This document shows positions 25,480 to 38,738 of a DNA stretch of 64,000 bases, in pieces; position 1 is the first letter of the stretch, and every line of letters starts with the position of its first letter. Below the pieces are notes generated by a model, which was not told where the DNA came from, did no database searches, and saw only the letters and a program-made list of their open reading frames with translations. The position numbers and the translations under genes were made by a program. Origin of the DNA: Eledone cirrhosa (taxonomy: Eukaryota). Location: NCBI GenBank assembly GCA_964016885.1, contig OZ024740.1:336784001-336848000 (forward strand), read 5' to 3'.

Positions 25480-26934
25480 ATTGAAATACAGTAAAAATAA
25501 AATACACTCCACAAGAGAGAACTACTCTCATTTATGAAAGTATTCTGCCTTTCGTTGTTGATATCCAAGATTACATTCAGAATAAACTTTTGCAATAGAT
25601 CCTTTCTACTTGCTGTTGTTATAGTCTGTAGGCAATCAATTGGCAGAGTCATTAAAACATTGGACATTTGTTCCAGATCTGCATTCTGGGTTCAAATCCT
25701 GCCAAGATCCACATTGCTGTTCATCTTTTTAGGGTGAATAAAGAAAGTGACAGCCCAGTGCTAGTGCAGCCCTTTTCTCTTCTATTACATTCTGGATGTG
25801 CTGGTGGATCAAGGGAGGGAGAGCTAAGAAGGTGTTTGTAACTGTTTGGGCACCTAAAACCCTTAATCAAAACATAATATATACTACCAAGTCATATTCG
25901 ATTATGTGAGGCAGCTGTAGTTTGTTATTGTGTAGTCTCAGGTCAGCTCTGATCAAACTGACCCATAACACTATCAAATGACTTGTTCCGGATATTCCCT
26001 GTCTCAGTTTAGCTGAAGATCACACTGCATATTCCAATAAACAGTGGTTTATGGTGGGGTACAGTGTAACAGTTTGGACATATTGCACCCTCTTCACTGT
26101 CTAGTATATGTCTGTATTCCTGTTATCAGGACAGCTCTGATTGACCATTTTATATTTTTTTCTCTCTCAGGCATCTGTATCTAGGATTACATTATTTGAT
26201 GTGAATTCATGTTTTTGTAAGATGGTAAGGTATTATTCTAAAGTCAAGCAATCAGGTAGAGGCTCTCAATGACTCATCTGTACTGGTGATGACCACAGCA
26301 AGCAGATGTGGTGCAAGGTAGATTTAGTTACAGTGCAACAGTTGCTAAACCTTAGAGTCTATCATTGAAGATGAACATCTTAGTACAGGGCTTATTGTTA
26401 ATCAATCTATTGATTCTGCATTCATTTTAACTGTTTGTTTGTCCAGACAGGATGGCAGTAATAGTGTTCTGAGATGTTGTGCGAGTGTCTTGTGAAAGCA
26501 CATGACTTAGTGGTTAGGGTGTTTGGCTTTGGTTAATGATTGTAAGGTCATGAGATCAATTCTTGGCAGTCCATTGTGTCCTTGAGCAAGACACTCTATT
26601 TCAGCTAGAAGTGAATTGTGTGGGTAATTCTAAGTCAACCTTATTACACACTGTGGTGTGCGGAATCTCCCTGAGAATTACGTTATGCATACATGTGTCT
26701 GTGGAATGCTTAACATCTTGCACAACTAGAACACTAATGATTAAAACTGATGGAAATCTAACAACTTTCACGTGTGTTAGTGTCTTGACTGTTGTGTTGT
26801 GGAGTGTTGGAAGTGCTTGTTTAGGAGTGATTGGGAATATAATAGCAGGGAATATGAGGGTTACTGTTTGCTTTAGTTACAAACTATCTCTCACAAGTCA
26901 GGGTGGAATTTTATACCTAATAAATGTCAGATAA

Positions 26935-28350
26935 GGATGGTAGACTGGCAGAATTGTTAGAACCATCAAACAAAATGCTAAACAGTATTTGTCCCAACTC
27001 TTTACCTTCTGAGTTAAAAAAGCCTATCATCATTCCCAGAGACAATAAAATAAAGTACCAGTAAAATACTGAGATTGATATATTCGACTTTTCCTTCCCC
27101 ACAAATTGCTGACTTTGTGCCAAAATTAGAAACCATTACTAGAGTGCCAGACGAGATGTCTTGCAGTATTTGTTCTGACCTTATGTATTCTGAGTTCAAA
27201 TCACACCAAGGCCTACTTTTTATTATGGAAGAGACTGGAGCCCCAAAATGTAACTGCATTCAACCTGCTGGGAGCTGCCAAACTTGATGATGATGATTTA
27301 GTATTTAGAGATGTTCTGTGTTGTAGTACTGTTCCATATATTAGTTCTATGTAAATGTTATTTACAATTAGGAGTATTTTAGTTGCACAAAACTAAAATC
27401 ACGTTGCTTGCTTGGCCCCTCAGCTCCTGACAAAGAGTCACAGGGGTGACATTGACATTCTGGGCACCAGTCTTTTCCATGTCATGGTTTATGTGCCAGA
27501 TCTCAAGCTCAGGTTTCTGTTAAAGATTATGCTGTCCACTCTTTGATATTATCTGTCCATCTTTTCTTTTGTCTACTCCTCCTCTCCCTTTCCACAAACC
27601 ATTGTAGAATAATTTTTGTAAGACTACTGGATCTTGTTACATGGCCCCACCAGCCAAGCTCTATTTTTTTTCAGTTGTGAGGTAATCTTCATGGAGGGCC
27701 AATATGAGGCTGGGTGGTTTTGTGGACCTGCTTGTTTGTGTTATATTTATGTATGAAATACTGGAATTTCTGAACATGCTTTGCATGGAGCTGTGGCTTT
27801 GAAAAAAGGGGTTAATAGCAATATTTCTACTTTCTATTATTGTGATTTATACTAGGGCTGTCGATTGGCAGAATTGTTGAAGCATCAGACAAATACTTAG
27901 CAGTATTTGTTCTGGCTCTTTACATTCTGAGTTCAAATCATGCCTAGGTAAAACTTTTCCTTTCATCCTTCTCGAGTTGACAAAATCCAGTACCAATCAA
28001 TTACTGAAGTCAATAGAACCAACTTTCCTTCCCCTAAATTGCTGGCCTTGTGCCAAATTTAGAAATCATTATTATGAGTTATGCTGTGTGTATCCAATGT
28101 TTTAACAAATATTAGTGAGTGCATGAGATTTTTCTATAAATTTTAGAGCACGTTTTAAAGTGCAGGGTAAAATGCCTTGTATTTTTCCAGCTCTCTCTGC
28201 TTTGAAATAAAATCCTGCCCAGGTAAAATTTGCTTTTTTATGCTTTCGGGGGTGATAAGATAAAATACTAATCTAAGATAGTAGATGCAGAATTTGTTAA
28301 TGTGTCAGACGTGATGCTTTGAAATGTTTCTCCCAGCTCTTTGCATTTTA
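26935..28350. mobile_element. Cluster of older SINE copies and an old RTE/BovB-like 3' fragment (~27470-27800, minus)
   Basis: Recurring ttctgagttcaaatc...tttcatcctt...aaagtacca motif, also seen near 10730, 25640, 35520, 39380, 46940 and 48630. Confidence 0.6.
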
Positions 28351-31300
28351 AATACAAATACTGCTATAGCTTACTTCAGTAGTAAACTTAATCTGTCACC
28401 TGGTTTAACACCACCACATGGCTCATGGATGATCATCTCTCCATGAGTAAAAAAAAAAAAAAAAAGTCATCACTTTCTGACCATTTTATCATTTAATTAG
28501 AACTCCACAAATGATTTTCTCTTCAGTGTTTCAACTATTTATGAAGTGTTTTTAAAATTTCATTAATGTTGGTTCAATTTTCATTTTCTTAACTTGAAAG
28601 AAAGAGATATGTGAAATATCTTTTACATGTTTAATAAATACAAATTTAAAATACTTTTGAATTAAAATGTTTATATACAGAATAAGTTTTATTTAAAATT
28701 ATTTTACATTCGCGATTACAAGATATATAAAGCATAAATACATATATTAGGGTGTGAAAATTAAAACCTATGTAAAGATAACGTTTCTATTATAATCTAA
28801 GTTTTATTATTCATAAATTTTGTAAATAATAATTCCATCACCTAAAATATCAATCAAGATAGATTTGTAAAAATGACATATGCCTGGAACTCATCTAGCA
28901 TGTCAAGAGACGCATAACTTTTTCCTATTAGAATGTTATCAAGTCACCTTATCTTTGAGTAGAATTTACTGACAAGGAAGAGAAGAGATGCCAGGGATGT
29001 TTAGCAGAGAGACTAAAAAAAAGAGCTGTTATTCAACATTGTCTTAGTGAAATTAACCAATATATCCCAGAGAGGGGATGTAAAATTTATACCTTAAACT
29101 TAAATACCAAAAGAATTATTGGTACTTAAAACTCTCTAACATTTGAACACAGAAACCTAAGACAACAAATCTTTTGAGTGACATTTTTTTCCAATATGGT
29201 CTATATGTGAGCAACAACAAAACTGCTATTGCTTTCACATTTCTTTAATCTGTAAATGATTCAGATTAGCTGTCTGATGTGAGGAAATCATCATCATTTT
29301 ACGTCCGCTTTTCCCTGCTTGCAAGGGTGGGACAGGAAAGCAGCTAATTAACAGATTTCTAGGTCAACACAAAAGACAATTGCAAAGAACATGTTCTTGC
29401 GTTTATCAGTTTAGAATTCCATTAAAGTATCTATATACCATATTTCTGCTTATTACATGACAAAACAAAAAACTATGTCACAATCCCAGAACAAAGCCAT
29501 AATCAACCAACATCTAAGTACCCTATTGTGAAATACATATGGGTTTATCTATATATCACATGAACCATAAATCTCTTTGTTGAAACACTTTATAATATTT
29601 AGCCAAGTATAAATATCTATGTAACTTTATCATGATGTTACATAGACATTTCAACAAGAATAGATGGGAATAACTTCATGATCACATATGTAATTATATT
29701 ACTACCAAATAGAAATAAAGAGGTAGTACTGTAATATTGATTCAGTCATGTTAGATGGACCAAATACTAACTAATTAGTAGGTTTGTAACCAGTTATGTT
29801 GCTGAAGGACATCTCCTTCCTGAAATTTGATGAGTTCTTTTACAGAATGAAATGAGATTGTGAGTATAAGTCAGAACTATCTGAATATATTGTAACTGTC
29901 ACATTGGTAAGTGCCAAATATAACCAAAATACATTGAGTTGTTAATAACACTTTAGTGTTCTAATAAAACTACACTATATGCAGAAATTTCAATCCAAAC
30001 ATCATTTATTACATCAGTCTGGAATTCTCTAAATATCAACGACACCTTTCAGGTGAAGCAGTGTAGTCTAACTAATAGAAATATAAAACAAGTTAGAAGA
30101 ATGTAGCTACCACATGTCTCTCAGCTTAGCAGATACAATGAAATATCTTTAGATCAAGCTATCCAAACAGATGTAGGAAATAGACTTACAGTGAAATATC
30201 ATGTTTTTTGTTAGAAATATCTGGAGAGATTGTGCCGGTGGTGACAAGAGAGTTATAACATCTGTCAATGATCTTTCACATCATGAGACAGCTGAAGACT
30301 TTCTTTACTTACTTCTAAGCTCATAGAGTTTTGATTTAAAAATGTAACTTGAAATTAGCACATCAAAGTAGTCTAGTAGCTGAAGCTACATCTCTGATGA
30401 ACTATATACACATCTAATGAGTCTTGCTATTTTTTTTTTAAAGATTCTTATACTATGTTTGAAGAAAAGAAATACAGAATGGTCACAACTGGAATGCCTT
30501 TAATTATAGATTTGCTCTGAAACTAACCAATAACAAAATACACAACCCAAAGTCATGATGTAATTATGTATAAATAAGTGTTAGGTTTTAAGTTCTTGTA
30601 TCATAATAAAAATTACTTTGGGGGAATAATTAATGAAAATGTCTCAAATAAATACATAAGAGAGAAATTAAATGTTGATGCTAATAGCAGCAATATACAC
30701 AAAATTAGCTACGGTGGTAAGGAAACCTGTTCTAAAGCTGGTTACACATGGAATTTATTTGCAATGACGGTTTTATGTATGTCATTTATATGATACACTC
30801 ATTTATGGACGATTGTTTTTAAGGCACAGATATTTGCAAATGGCACAGACAAATAAAGACAATGTATCTGTTAGAATAAGTACCACTGTACTTTTCACCA
30901 CCACTACCACCACCCCAATCCTAAGCCATATATTGAAACTAATTAAAAGTCTATAAAATCAACACCATACTGTTGTGATGGTGACACAGTACAATATTGT
31001 CATTATTTAAGTCTGATTTCCATGCTGGCATAGGTTCAACTATATAACAATATATATAATTTACCTACAAACTGAAATATCATGTTTAGAAATATTTGGA
31101 GAGGTTGAGATGGTGGTGGCAATAGAGTTATAATATTACTTGATCTAACTCCAGCATCATAGATCACGAGATAGCTGATAAATGGCTTGCTGATAAATGT
31201 TGAAATGATAAGAGAAAAGAGGATATTTAACTGCCATAAACAAGATTACAGGAATTTAGAATTAACAGCACAATATTGAGTTTCTAAAGTGAAAATTCTC

Positions 31301-32081
31301 CACTGTCAATCAAAGTAAATTCTACATATTTTCTCATTTCAATGCCCAAAAGGAAAGATTACTTTTTGAAATAATCCCGAAAGTATTTTCAAACAACGAA
31401 AGTTACAATGAAATAAAGCCAATTTTCTTTATTTTCACATCACAGTGTATCAAAAAGTGAGGCTGACAGAGAAAAGATTGAAGAATTAGCTCATTTCTAA
31501 GTGAAACTTTCAAACCAAAAAAAAAAAAAAAAATTTTTTAAATTAAAAAATCTAAAAATCAAGTTTTAAAGGAAAATATCAAATAATTTGGATGCAAATA
31601 TTGATTAAAGCAAAGATAAAATGAAATCTCTAGTGTTTTAAGAATTGGTTAATACATTCAGAACTGGACCAATTACACGTTTTAAAAAAAAATGAAAATA
31701 TCACACACATATTTATATCCACACATATGATTGTGAATGTAGTATGTGAATACGTTTGTTTAATTTGTATGTATATACATTCAGACACAAGTACATAAAT
31801 TTGTATGTATGTATACATATATTTAAAAATATACTTTTCCATATATATAAATACACACACACGTTCGAAATAGAGTACACAAGAAATATGGACTCTACAG
31901 AAAAACACAGTTTTATAAACCTAACCATTGGTGTAAAAATAAAATTATTTGCTGTTTATTTTTTTAGCCATTATTATCAAAGTAGAAGTTGTTTCAAGTA
32001 AACTCTGTGATATTGTGAAACTGTGGCAATGTGCCTGAATCTAGTTAGATCATAAATAACCCCTTCATAAGAATGCTGAAA

Positions 32082-32392
32082 TCAGCACATGACAGCCTGT
32101 GGTACAGGATATTGGGAAAGTTGTGTAGCTGATGGAACCAAGTCCAGTTTACATTGACGTTCTTCAAGAGTTTTTAACAGGCTCTGGCACATATTTACAG
32201 CACGTTTGTCCTGCAATGTGCCATAAAGATGTGCAGCTTCTTCAACCATCTGTCTGCGACTTCGATTGTGGCCACCAATTGATTCACATGTAGATGTGGC
32301 AGTTGGTAAGTGACAGCTGGCTAGGATTAATGCTGAGGCTTCATCGTGATTGCCAATATGACTTTTATTATCATGATTTGAAGTGTTTTCAT
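32082..32392 (-). CDS. SREBF: SREBP terminal coding exon
   Basis: TTGTCCAG| phase 1. DENTSN...DEASALILASCHLP...RRQMVEEAAHLYGTLQDKRAVNMCQSLLKTL...QAVMC-TGA. Confidence 0.9.
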
Positions 32393-32971
32393 CTGGACAA
32401 GAAATAGATTTTTAAAAAATAAAACTTACTTTTATTAGTTATTCAAAGCGACAAGGTCAGTAAAGAAATTACATAAAATAAACATTTTAGTCATCAACAT
32501 CATCATCGTTTTTATATCCATTTTTTTCACGCTGGCATGGGTTGCATGAAATGTTTTGAGGCAGAATTATATCCCCATATGCTCTCACAATACCAACTTT
32601 CACTTGGGTCTGCGTGTGTGTGTGTGGGGGGGGGGGGACAGTCTGAACAATGAGACTTCTGTTTATGCAGACATAAACAAACATCACAAGTGATGTAAAA
32701 TTTGAAGCAATGATGAAAAGCACCCAGTTAGTGGTAATGCTGGTGCCATAACATAAACACTCAGTCCACTCTATGAGTTGTTGTTGCCGGAGTTATGTTG
32801 AAATGCTCCCGGTACATGTAAAGTTGCTGGTGTTAGGAAGGGTATCCAGTCGAAACCAAACCAAACTTACAAGCAAGACGTGGTCATCTGATCAGTCCAG
32901 CCTCAGTACATGACAATTTGTCTAACCTATACAAGCATGGAGAATAGACATTGAATGATGATGATGATATA

Positions 32972-33171
32972 TACGTGGGTAGGCTGAAAAATTCATAGGC
33001 TGACTATGAAGGAGTGTTGCGAGAGTTGTGAAATCTTGCATACATTAATTTCAACTCTTATTAATAACTGCATTATTTCTTTCGAGCGGACTATGTTGAA
33101 AAATAAACCTCATTTGGTCATTCCATGAGAGTATCTTAGTCAGCCTATGAACTTTTCAGCCAACCCTCATA
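32972..33171. mobile_element. Mariner-type MITE
   Basis: TA-flanked TIRs of ~33 bp: CGTGGGTAGGCTGAAAAATTCATAGGCTGACTA ... TAGTCAGCCTATGAACTTTTCAGCCAACCCTCA. Confidence 0.8.
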
Positions 33172-33268
33172 TATAACCAAGATAGGAATGGACATCACTA
33201 AGTTTTAAAAGGCCCAAGACAGTGCTCTTACGACTCCATTACAAGTTAAGGAACCAGTGAAATATATA

Positions 33269-34553
33269 CAGGGTGTGGACGATATTTATTCGCAATTTTC
33301 AACTGCTAATTTTATGCAAATTTTTTTTACTTCCGTTGTCACTCTTGTCTTCATAAAAACAGTGACTATATTTCCATTATTTATTTTCAGAATAATTGAT
33401 TATAAATAATTTTGAACCTACAAATTTGTGGAAGAGACACGGAGTTCTTCTTGGAATCTGTGCCGGGAGGACAAATAAGGAAATTTCAGACTTTCTCAGC
33501 GTCAGCAGGAGAATGGTGGAAAAGGTCAGAAAGGAATTGGAAGATTCAGGATTTGACTACGAAGCAACTTCAGAGAGGAAAACACATGATCGACGATCTG
33601 ACGCCTTCAGAATGCCCGAGTTTGTCGCTGAAGTTCAGGATATCATCAACAATGAACCTAGCAAGTCGATGCGTACCATTGTAAGGGAGAAAGGCGTGGA
33701 TGAAGAGCTCATTAGGCTGGTGGTACATGAAGACATTCGCTACGTTTCATACAAGATGAGGAAAGGACAATTTTTGTCAAAAGTGATGCAAGAAAAGCGA
33801 CTGAATCACGCAAAGAAGCTGATCAACAAGTTGAAACACCCACTGGAGCCAGACATGCTGTGGTTTTTCTTCGACGAGGAATACTTCTGCCAAGACCAGA
33901 AGATCAACTCCCAGAATAACAGGTGGCTTGCTGTCTCATCCAAAGACGTGCTCAGAGTCATGGAGACAAAGTTTCCAGCGACAACATTGGTCTTAGGTGT
34001 CGTCAGCAGTCAAGGTGACGTCATGCCACCTCACTTCTTCCCTGAGGGCCTCAAGCTGAACACCGATGGCTACATCCGCGTTCTGAGCGAGGTAGTAAAG
34101 CCCTGGATCGACCAGGTAGCTGCAGGTAGGTCGTACGTGTGGCAGCAAGACTCAGTGCCCTGCCATACTAGCCGAAAGACCCAAGCCTGGCTGTCAGAGA
34201 ACATCGTCGACCACACTACACCTGACATATGGCCTCCCAGCTCGCCTGACTACAACCCCCTCAACTTCTTTGTGTGGGTACAGTGGAACGAGACACCAAC
34301 AGATCTAGCTGCAATACGAAAGACGATCTGAAAGCTAGGATCACAAGTGCCTAAGTCGGGGGACAGTGACGAGGGCCTGTAACCGGTTCCGAGGCCGTCA
34401 TCAAAACCAATAGCGAGTTTATCGAGTGAGATCGAAAGAACAAGTCATGAAGACAAACTGACCCAAGTTTGATAAATATATCTTAAAAAATAAAACTACT
34501 GTGTTATTTTTTCCTAGACAGTAATCTTGCGAAAAAATATCGTCCGCACCCTG
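33269..34553 (+). mobile_element. Full-length Tc1/mariner-superfamily transposon, maT (DD37D) type
   Basis: 27-bp TIRs CAGGGTG(T/C)GGACGATATTT(A/T)TTCGCAA, TA on both sides, 1285 bp long, with an internal transposase ORF. Confidence 0.93.
33396..34331 (+). pseudogene. maT transposase, probably inactive
   Basis: Motifs WFFFDE, WQQDS and SPDYNPLN. There are 37 residues between the second D and the third catalytic position, which is N here. The C-terminus appears frameshifted after FFVW. Confidence 0.85.
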
Positions 34554-35927
34554 TATATATACAATTTCCATTATCAATTTTGTTTACAAAGCACTGAGAA
34601 ACCCAACACTTATAGTAGAAGACACTTGCCTAAAGTACCTCACAATAGAATAGAACCTGAAACTACATGGACATGAAACAAACTTCTTAACCACACATAC
34701 TTCGGTTTTTAAAAAGTGATCTGACTGATAAGAGACCCTTCGCTGAACAACACATTACAACCACTCACGTGCATACATATATATTCCCACTTAATACACA
34801 TATCTCTCTTCCTACAAAATGTTTCCAACCCCCACCCCCGTACAGAGGTTCAAGCTGATCATCACCACATCAACAACTTAAAGATCTATTGTTGTTCCTA
34901 GGAGTAAAAAGGTTAAGCATGCCTATGATCAAAAATTTTCTAGTAATGAACTAGAATCACATCTAAGGGAAACTAGAGATTGTATGATATCATTGAACAT
35001 TCACTGACTTGTCAATGTTAGATTGAAATATATCTTAGCAAGTATTTTCTGAACTAAAAATAGACTGATTGTCCTTGTAGCGTGTGGAAACTGGAAGATT
35101 CCAATTGAAATTAATTCTAATTCTTTTACTATTTAACTGAATGCAGTCAATTGGTTGTAGCCATTCTGAGACACTGCTTTAAAAAGATTTAGTCAATCAC
35201 ATCAACTTCAGTACTTATCTATTTTAAGTCTGATACTTATTATATCAATCTCCTTTTATCAAGCCACTAAGTTACAGAATATAAACACACACAATATCAT
35301 CTGTTTTACTATGCTTGCAATGGGACATGACAGACTTCTTCAGTTTCCATCTACCAAATTTCAATCGAGGCACTGATCTACCAGAGGCTATAGTAGAAGA
35401 CACTTGCCCAATGCATCACACAGTGGAACTGAACTCAAAACTATGCAGTTGCGAAGCAAATATCTTAACCACACAGCCATGTTGGTGGCTATGAATATAG
35501 ATGCTAATAATAATGTAAATTTCTAACTTTGACACAAGAGTACATATTTTGGTGGAAGAGTATAACTGATTTACTCCGCATGACCTGAAAAGGGCAAACA
35601 GCAAATCAACCAGTGGTATTTAAGCTTAGAATGTAAAAAAAATATATATGCCACATGCCCCTAGGTAACTTAGTGCAGCATTCAAACATTTCTATAAATT
35701 GCTTCTAACATAGCCACAATGCCAGATTTGGGAAGGGGCAATTGATTAAATTTGCCTCATGTAATTGACTGGAACTTCATTTTTTTTTTTTTATCCTGGA
35801 TGAACAAGAGGCAAAGACCTGGGCATAATGTAAAGAGCCAGAACAAATACTGCAAAGCATTTATCTGACTCTTTAACAATTATGCCAATCTACTGCCATT
35901 AATTAAGACCGATTTGCAATAAAATAC

Positions 35928-36036
35928 CTTCTTTTCCTTTGCCAGCACGTCTTCGAAGACTTTGATCTAAAAGTTGTTGAGTACGATATGGGTTAGCACC
36001 AACCATGATGCGTGCTGTGGCCTCATATAGAAATAC
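35928..36036 (-). CDS. SREBF: SREBP exon
   Basis: [30 protein letters not shown] (cf. [30 protein letters not shown]). AG/GT boundaries, phase 0 to 1. Confidence 0.96.
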
Positions 36037-36414
36037 CTGAAATTACACAGGAAAAAACAAAATATTTATGAATATTTAATAATTTCAACTGGGAAAACTA
36101 GATTTGACAGAAAGATCATGACACAAAGTAATATTATACAAGTCTTCCATTCTTTGGTAGTGTTTTCAATTAAAGAGTGAAGGAAAAAAAAACAGTCTAA
36201 CTAGTCTATTCACATAATATTAATATACCTGCCATATATGGACGTTAATGAACGAGGTTGATGATATATTTATTTGTGTATATATGTGAAGTGTGTATGT
36301 ATATGTATGATATGTGTATGTATATTACATATATATACGTGTGTATATCATTATCATGATATGTGCATGCATGTGTGTATAAATATATATATATATATAT
36401 ATCTAAAAAAAAAA

Positions 36415-36698
36415 AGTCTAATGTCTTTCTTGAGCCAGAAGGGTCATTTGGCCGGTGCTTATCCCGGTTTCATGGCGTGTAGCGACTTAGAGTACAAGAC
36501 TCCCCCCTAGACAGGACGCCAGTCCATCGCAGGGTTAAACCTCCAGCTATTGCTGGTACTCATTTTCAGCTGAGTAAACTGGAGCAACGTGAAATAAAGT
36601 GTCTTGCTCAAGGAAACAACACATCACCCGGTCCAAGAATTGAACTCACAACCTTTCGATTGCAAGCCTAATGCTCTAACCACTAAGCCATGCGCCTT
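36415..36698 (-). mobile_element. tRNA-derived SINE, same head as 17951 but a different tail
   Basis: Head and central region match 25340-25479. The 3' part (36415-36560) is unrelated to the RTE tail. Confidence 0.8.
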
Positions 36699-36724
36699 CA
36701 CATATATATATGTATATATTATGC

Positions 36725-37018
36725 TGGTACCACAAAATATCCAGCCCACACTGTAAAGTGATCGTGTAGGTGTCACGACAAAAAGCACCCAGCCCACAAT
36801 GTAAAGTGGATATGTAAAAGACACAGCAAAAAGCACCCAGTACACACTGTCAATGTGGTTGGCGTTAGAGAGGGCATCCAGCTGTAGAAAACCAGCTAGA
36901 AACACTCCTATATGAGCGAGACACGGTCACCTGACCCAACTTGCCTCTAAATGGGACAAACCCGTCTAACCCATGCTAGCGTGGAAGATAGACGTTAATT
37001 GATGATGATGATGATGAT
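36725..37018 (+). mobile_element. RTE 3' tail fragment
   Basis: cacactgtaaagtg repeats, then ccatgctagcgtggaagatagacgtt and (GAT)n. Confidence 0.8.
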
Positions 37019-38200
37019 AGCCATTGTCTGTAGATATACATTACTATATGTAGTCATATCGTTATCATGTAAGGGTGGGTGGTTGTCACAGACCAAGTCA
37101 ATACTTGATCAGTGCTACTGAACTCTCAGATAGGCCTGGGGATGCATCTCATTAACATACATTCCCACACTCTACAGAATATACTGAGTACATTTTATCA
37201 TGGCACCAGCACTAGGGAGGTAGTCATGTCTTTTGACATGACTGAGGAGTCCTTTCGACTCCTTGTTTGGCATGTTTGTAGATATACATAGTCCATAGAT
37301 ACTATAGTCATAGTCTGTATAGTCATTATCAATTGATATCACAATACTATGTTGTCGTAGTCCATTCATATCACAGTACTATGTATAGTCAGTCTACTGA
37401 TATTACAGGGTTCAAAGATTAGATATTTGAGAATGAACCTGAGATTCAGGTCAGATATTTTTTAATCAGGAATATAACTTTATATTACCAAGCAAGATCA
37501 ACAAAAGTGTGACTGTTAGGGTATTTTGTATACAATAATTGAGTTACTGCTAACATATTTGAGTATGCAGCAACAACTAAACATGGTAACTAGAAATAAT
37601 TATGCAGTGAAGAAAATAGTGTTTCGCATCATTTGGCAAGTCTGTGAGATAACTTAGTGTAGTTTAGACATCAGAGAAGCAAGAAATAAATGTATGATAT
37701 TTTGTAGGTATGGAAAAACTCTTAAACACTAGTTGCATGAAAAAACAACAGTTAGGTTACCGCTGACATATATAATACGGAGGACATCAAATATGTTAAC
37801 TAGAATTAAAAAACATTTGGCAAGTCCAACAGATAGTCCAACAAATAAAGGAACTTTAATATTAGGTGATAAAACTAACAAGGGAAATAATTCAGTAGTA
37901 AACTTGTTAGATTATTGGTTACTGTGTAGTGATACAGACAAGATGCTGTAATGTATAGTTTTCTGCCCCACTTGTATGTTTCAAATTAATAACAATGACA
38001 GTTTTGATTGCTTAAGGAGAAAAAGAGGAGACAATCCAACAAAGAGTTTGCATCTTAATAAAAAATATTTTCTCGATATTCTATGTATATGTGTTCTGTG
38101 TTGTGACTGACTGGAGGATATGGGAGACACAGGAACAGTACGGCTATCAATTGTACCACTCCCAAAAGGTCAATAGTGGTTGTCATGAGGTTACTTCAAA

Positions 38201-38432
38201 TCAGGGTTTCCCAAACTGTGAGTCACAACACTATAATGTATCTCCAATAATCTTTAGGTGTATCACAAAATTAAATCAAAAATAGATAAAGTTTTGCAAA
38301 TATTTGAGATCTGCTAACTCTGCATATAATTAGACATATGATTGATATGATATTTCAGGTCACTAACAAAACTTAATTAATGTGTCATAAAAATACTTTC
38401 GCCACTAGAGTAAAACGTTTTGAAAGCTCTTC
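38201..38432. mobile_element. Old hAT/Charlie-like MITE
   Basis: Starts CAGGGTTTCCCAAACTGTG; the right end (aaacgttttgaaagctct) is degenerate. Confidence 0.4.
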
Positions 38433-38561
38433 TTTAAATACAGACTTTTAGTATGACACCTTTAATAATTCTTATTACTTTGAACAATCAAACAAGTGGT
38501 TCTAATTAAAACAAGTCAACTCTGTATGTTATACTAGAATATAAGAAAAAAAAAACCTCAC

Positions 38562-38738
38562 CTTTTGCAGTGCATGTTTCATGGTATGAGTAACACGACG
38601 GAGGCAGTATAAATCTTGCTGGAATGCAATAATCTGCAAGTGTGATGGTCTGGTATAACTTGGATCTTGGCTCTGGCGTTGTTGCCAAAGTTCTCGACGA
38701 GTACGAAGAAGGAAATCACATGTCAACAATTGGATGCC
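38562..38738 (-). CDS. SREBF: SREBP exon
   Basis: GIQLLTCDFLLRTRRELWQQ...AFQQDLYCLRRVTHTMKHALQK; 177 nt, phase 0 to 0. Confidence 0.96.

Noticed and set aside
26171-26230. Plus-strand exon-like segment (ctctcag|...|gtaagg)
   Set aside because: It lies within a dispersed repeat whose parts recur elsewhere (e.g. ~47720-47800, 48260-48350, 58720-58830).
32082-32100. C-terminal Cys of SREBP (AVMC) as a prenylation signal
   Set aside because: It does not fit CaaX, CC or CxC patterns.
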